Shown here: positions 60,552 to 64,000 of the stretch, piece after piece
Numbering within the stretch: the stretch's first letter is position 1
Layout of the letters: each line of letters opens with the position of its first letter
Source of the DNA: Pelagomonas calceolata
Taxonomy: Eukaryota
Assembly: GCA_918797485.1 (NCBI GenBank)
Contig: CAKKNE010000001.1
Coordinates: 2,480,001 to 2,544,000, forward strand
Length of the DNA stretch: 64,000 bases
Direction of reading: 5' to 3'
Translations under genes and position numbers: made by a program
The notes under the pieces: generated by a model
The model's database searches: none
The model's input: only the letters and a program-made list of their open reading frames with translations
What the model was told of the DNA's origin: nothing

Positions 60552-63467
60552 ATGGACGCGCTCCTGCGCGCCTCCGGCAGCCGGCCGCCGACCGGCAGCC
60601 GGCCGCAGACGGGCCACAACACGCCCCTGGGCAGCCGGCCGCCGACGGGCCAGGGCAGCCGCCCGGGCACGTCCAGCCGGCCGCCGAGCCGCGTGAGCTT
60701 CGCGGACCTCGAGGCCGCCGAGGAGCCGCCGCGCGGGAGCCGCGCGTCGACGGCCGACTCGCGGCCCTCGACGCGGGGCAGCGACGACGGTAAGAGGCGG
60801 AAGCATCGGAGTAGAGACGGCGCCGTGCGGCGGAGACGACGGCGGAGCCGCGACAGCAGCGACGAGGCCACGGTCGAGTCCGAGGAGTCGATATTGTCCG
60901 AGCAGGGCATCCACGTGCGCAAGGCCGGCTTCGGCGGGCGGAAAAATAAGAGGCGGAGTCGCAAATCCAAGGAGGTCAAGCAAGAGCAGGAGGAAGATCA
61001 GGACGGCCTCGGGCTCTTCGGCGCCGCGGCCGTGGCACGCGTCGCGACGCGGCCGCGCACGACGGGCGAGCGTCGTCGAAAGGAGCCCGAGGAGGAGGAG
61101 TCGACCGATTTCGGCGCGCGGCCCGTGAAACTCAAGAAGCGGCCGACGACGCCCGTTTTTGATGATAACTTCGAGCGGGCCCGCGCAATTCTCCGAAAGC
61201 GGTTTCAGGATAGGCCCCACCTGCGGCCGCCCGGCGCCCAGCCAAAGGCGAAGGGCATTGGGTTGGACATGTCGAAGATCGGACACATGTCCGTGTCGTA
61301 CCTGAACCAGTACGTCGAGGCGTCGATCAATATCCTGAGGGAGCACCAGAAAAATGAGCAACTTAGGATGCAGGCGTCCGTCGAGGCGCTCCAGGGGTCG
61401 AACGCAATTCCCCTCGACAGGACGGGCCAACCGATGGACGTCTTCGAGCGCGCCGAGCTGCCCGAAATTCGCCGCCTGCCCCTCTGTTCTCAATTAGCTA
61501 AAGGTAAAGCCGCGGACCCCGTGCCGAAGGGCTCGACGTCGCCCTCGAAGTCCAAGAGCTCCGGGGCGGCGGCGATGCTCCGGGATCGGCTGCTTACTTT
61601 AGCTAGGTTGGCGAGAGATGACCTGTGTCTCGTGGGCGTGCGCTTCACGCACGAGAATATTGATGATGATTGGGGCGCGTCGACGGCGCAGGCCTTGAGG
61701 AGGAACACGCAGCTGCAGCACCTGGTGCTCGTGGGGAATGGGATCACGGACGCGTCGGGCACGAAACTCGCGAGCGCCGTCGCGAAGCATCCGGGTTTGG
61801 TCACGGTCGCCGTGGGCGGCAATAGTTTGGGGGACAAGACCGCGCTCGCGATGGCCAAGGCCCTCAAGGAGTCCGGGACGCTGCTTTCCTTGAACCTCGC
61901 GTCAAAGAAATACCACCAGGAGCACTACCTGAATGTTTGCAGGCGGCGGAAGCCGCCGAAGGAGATCGTGATCCCCAAAATCGAGGGCGACTACTTCAGC
62001 CCTGAGAATTGGGGCCTGCCGACGGACGACCCCGAGTTCAACCCGCGGTCGAACTTCGTTTCCAAGGAGGGCTGCTTCGCGTTATCCGAAGCGTTGCACG
62101 GCACGTCGCTGACCGCCTTAAACTTGTCGGGCCAGCGCGTCGGCGACGCCGGCGCGTTGGCGTTATCTCGAGTGCTCTTCGCCGACAAGGAGACGAAGTG
62201 CTCCTGCGCTTTGAGCTCATTAGCATTAGACGCCAATCGCGTCGGCGACAAGGGCGCCGCCGCGTTGATCGAGTGCTGGGCGAACCCGCTCTCTTCATTA
62301 GAAACGTTGCGGCTCGCGATGAATTCATTAGGCGACGAGGCGGCGGTCAAGGCGTGTAGTCTCGCGCTGAAGCATTATAAAGTGGACCAGCTGCTCGTCC
62401 CGAAACGGAAGAAGAAGAGGAAGAAGAAGCGCGTCGGGTCGCTGTCGCCGCGGGCGCGGCGACGGCGGGACATCAAGGAGGGTATCATCCACGTGAAGGA
62501 CGAGGAGCCCGAGGAGGACGACTTCAAGGATCTTGGTTTGTTGGATCTGAGCCTGTGCCAGGTCGGGGAGATCGGCGTGTTGGCGGTCCACGGTGCGTCA
62601 GCAAGGTGCAAGAAGATCGGGAAGATCATACCGGTCCACGGCAACCCGGGCCACGATATCCATCCGACGCCGTCGCGACGGCCGAGCCAGGACTCCATAC
62701 GGTCGGACTCGACGGAGTATAAGAGACAGCTCGAGGCCGGGCGGGCCCTCAAGCCCGTGCAGTTCGGCGGCTCCCGACGGGCGGACTCGGGCGCGCCCTT
62801 GCTGACGCTCAAGAAGAGCATCCCCTTCCTGGCGCCGGACAAGCGCGGGGACCTGTCACCGCGGTCGGCGCTCGACGCGTCCAAGGGCACGGAGAGCGTA
62901 TTAAGGACGGTCGCGCGCAAGGCGAGCGACCGGCAGGCGCGGATCGACGAAGGCGCGCTCCCGGAGGCGCGGAAGATGAAGCGGCACAAGCTGGGCGAGA
63001 CGGGCAAGCCCCGCTACGCGTTCGACCCGGACCTGCCCCCGCTTAATTTCCTGGCGCACCACAAAAGCCACATCAGGAGGCTGGGCGCCGAGTCGCGGCG
63101 GAAGAGGCGCGAGGAGCACGACCGCCAGATCACGCAGGAGAAGCGGGAAAGTCTCGCGGCGAACGTCAAATCGAAAAGACTGCGGAAGGCGATCCTCGAC
63201 GCGGGCATCACGCAGTTCAAGGAGGAGACGGCCGAGGGCGCGCTCCGGACGCGCGTCGTCGGCGACCTGGTGCGCACGTTCCCCGCCGTCGCGGCGCTGC
63301 CCGGAGCGCAGTCCGGGCGCATGGACCTGAGTCGCGACGGGCCGCGCTTCGGCCATCGAAAACCGGACCCGGAGTCGCCCAAGAAATGGGCCGCGAAGCT
63401 CGCCGCCAAAAAGGCGGCGCGCCACCGCGCGTTCCTCGTGCACCTCGGGCAGCACCCGATCCACTAA
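60552..63467 (+). CDS. RNI-like leucine-rich repeat protein
   Basis: LVLVGNGITD, VGGNSLGD, LNLSGQRVGD.G, LDANRVGD.G, LAMNSLGD. Confidence 0.88.
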   Translation: MDALLRASGSRPPTGSRPQTGHNTPLGSRPPTGQGSRPGTSSRPPSRVSFADLEAAEEPPRGSRASTADSRPSTRGSDDGKRRKHRSRDGAVRRRRRRSRDSSDEATVESEESILSEQGIHVRKAGFGGRKNKRRSRKSKEVKQEQEEDQDGLGLFGAAAVARVATRPRTTGERRRKEPEEEESTDFGARPVKLKKRPTTPVFDDNFERARAILRKRFQDRPHLRPPGAQPKAKGIGLDMSKIGHMSVSYLNQYVEASINILREHQKNEQLRMQASVEALQGSNAIPLDRTGQPMDVFERAELPEIRRLPLCSQLAKGKAADPVPKGSTSPSKSKSSGAAAMLRDRLLTLARLARDDLCLVGVRFTHENIDDDWGASTAQALRRNTQLQHLVLVGNGITDASGTKLASAVAKHPGLVTVAVGGNSLGDKTALAMAKALKESGTLLSLNLASKKYHQEHYLNVCRRRKPPKEIVIPKIEGDYFSPENWGLPTDDPEFNPRSNFVSKEGCFALSEALHGTSLTALNLSGQRVGDAGALALSRVLFADKETKCSCALSSLALDANRVGDKGAAALIECWANPLSSLETLRLAMNSLGDEAAVKACSLALKHYKVDQLLVPKRKKKRKKKRVGSLSPRARRRRDIKEGIIHVKDEEPEEDDFKDLGLLDLSLCQVGEIGVLAVHGASARCKKIGKIIPVHGNPGHDIHPTPSRRPSQDSIRSDSTEYKRQLEAGRALKPVQFGGSRRADSGAPLLTLKKSIPFLAPDKRGDLSPRSALDASKGTESVLRTVARKASDRQARIDEGALPEARKMKRHKLGETGKPRYAFDPDLPPLNFLAHHKSHIRRLGAESRRKRREEHDRQITQEKRESLAANVKSKRLRKAILDAGITQFKEETAEGALRTRVVGDLVRTFPAVAALPGAQSGRMDLSRDGPRFGHRKPDPESPKKWAAKLAAKKAARHRAFLVHLGQHPIH

Positions 63468-63476
63468 TACGTGTTG

Positions 63477-64000
63477 TTACTGTAGTCCTAGCAATGCGAC
63501 GAGGACAAGCCCCGGCCGTAATACACATCCAGCGTTCTTGCTGCTCGCGGCGACCTGGGGCGCGGGCCTCGGCACCGGCGTCGGGGCGAGGCGGGCGGCG
63601 ACCTCCGCCGCGTCCGCGAGGCTCGTCGGAGCGTGTGAAGGCCGCGGCGTCGGCCGCGGCGTGTACGTCGGGCGGCCCGTCGGCCGCGCCGTCGACGGTT
63701 GGGGGGACCCGGTCGGCGCCAGGCTCAGCGTGGGGTACGACGTCGTCGGTTTGGGCGTCGGGATCTTCGACGGCGTGGGTGTCGGCGCCGACGACGGCGC
63801 GCACGTGCCGACGGCGCCGCGGGCCACGCCGCAGGACAGCGACGCGCAGTCGCTGCCAAAGATGCAGCCCGCCGCGCACTTCGTGCCGAAGAAGGCGCTC
63901 TCGAGGTCCACGTCGTCGTTGACACACCAGCCGAGGTCCTGGTTGAAGGCCGCGGCCTTCCAGAACAGGTAGTTCATGTTCACGACGACGTGGACGCCCC
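63477..64000 (-). CDS. DUF285/PARCEL-like surface protein, C-terminal part with Pro/Thr stalk and GPI-like tail; 5' end outside window
   Basis: NMNYLFWKAAAFNQDLGWC, PT-rich repeats, hydrophobic C-terminus. Confidence 0.75.
   Translation of the reverse strand, partial: GVHVVVNMNYLFWKAAAFNQDLGWCVNDDVDLESAFFGTKCAAGCIFGSDCASLSCGVARGAVGTCAPSSAPTPTPSKIPTPKPTTSYPTLSLAPTGSPQPSTARPTGRPTYTPRPTPRPSHAPTSLADAAEVAARLAPTPVPRPAPQVAASSKNAGCVLRPGLVLVALLGLQ

Noticed and set aside
1..64000. tRNA, rRNA, transposase or reverse transcriptase genes
   Set aside because: None recognised by eye; small ncRNAs cannot be excluded without covariance-model searches

Overview
This is eukaryotic nuclear DNA: very GC-rich, gene-dense (about 48 mostly intron-poor genes in 64 kb), with no rRNA, tRNA or CRISPR array seen. 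Bipartite signal+ASAF-type plastid presequences (GAPDH, uL10, rubredoxin), flagellar genes and an introner-type intron point to a photosynthetic stramenopile, most likely a pelagophyte (Pelagomonas/Aureococcus-like; inference). Recognisable genes include GapC1, PTPS-III, RSPH14, plastid uL10, an aquaporin, OFD1-like, TatD, HisD, D-LDH, SPF27, RPB6, Dre2, MsrB-like, TruA, a MYB-CXC fusion, U2SURP, TLDc, Rae1, a citrate carrier and rubredoxin. Non-coding structure: (1) a strand-oriented ~24-28 bp CTAG-bounded motif (GCTTGCTAGTGTCTTACAGGCCGCTAGC) about 70-350 bp upstream of at least 14 start codons; (2) a complete introner (TIRs + 8-bp TSD) forming the rubredoxin intron; (3) several families of small dispersed intergenic elements, some with target-site duplications, mostly at gene 3' ends; (4) a gene pair only 5 nt apart, a bicistronic candidate. 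Product calls come from motif recognition by eye, not database searches. Splice models are inferred.
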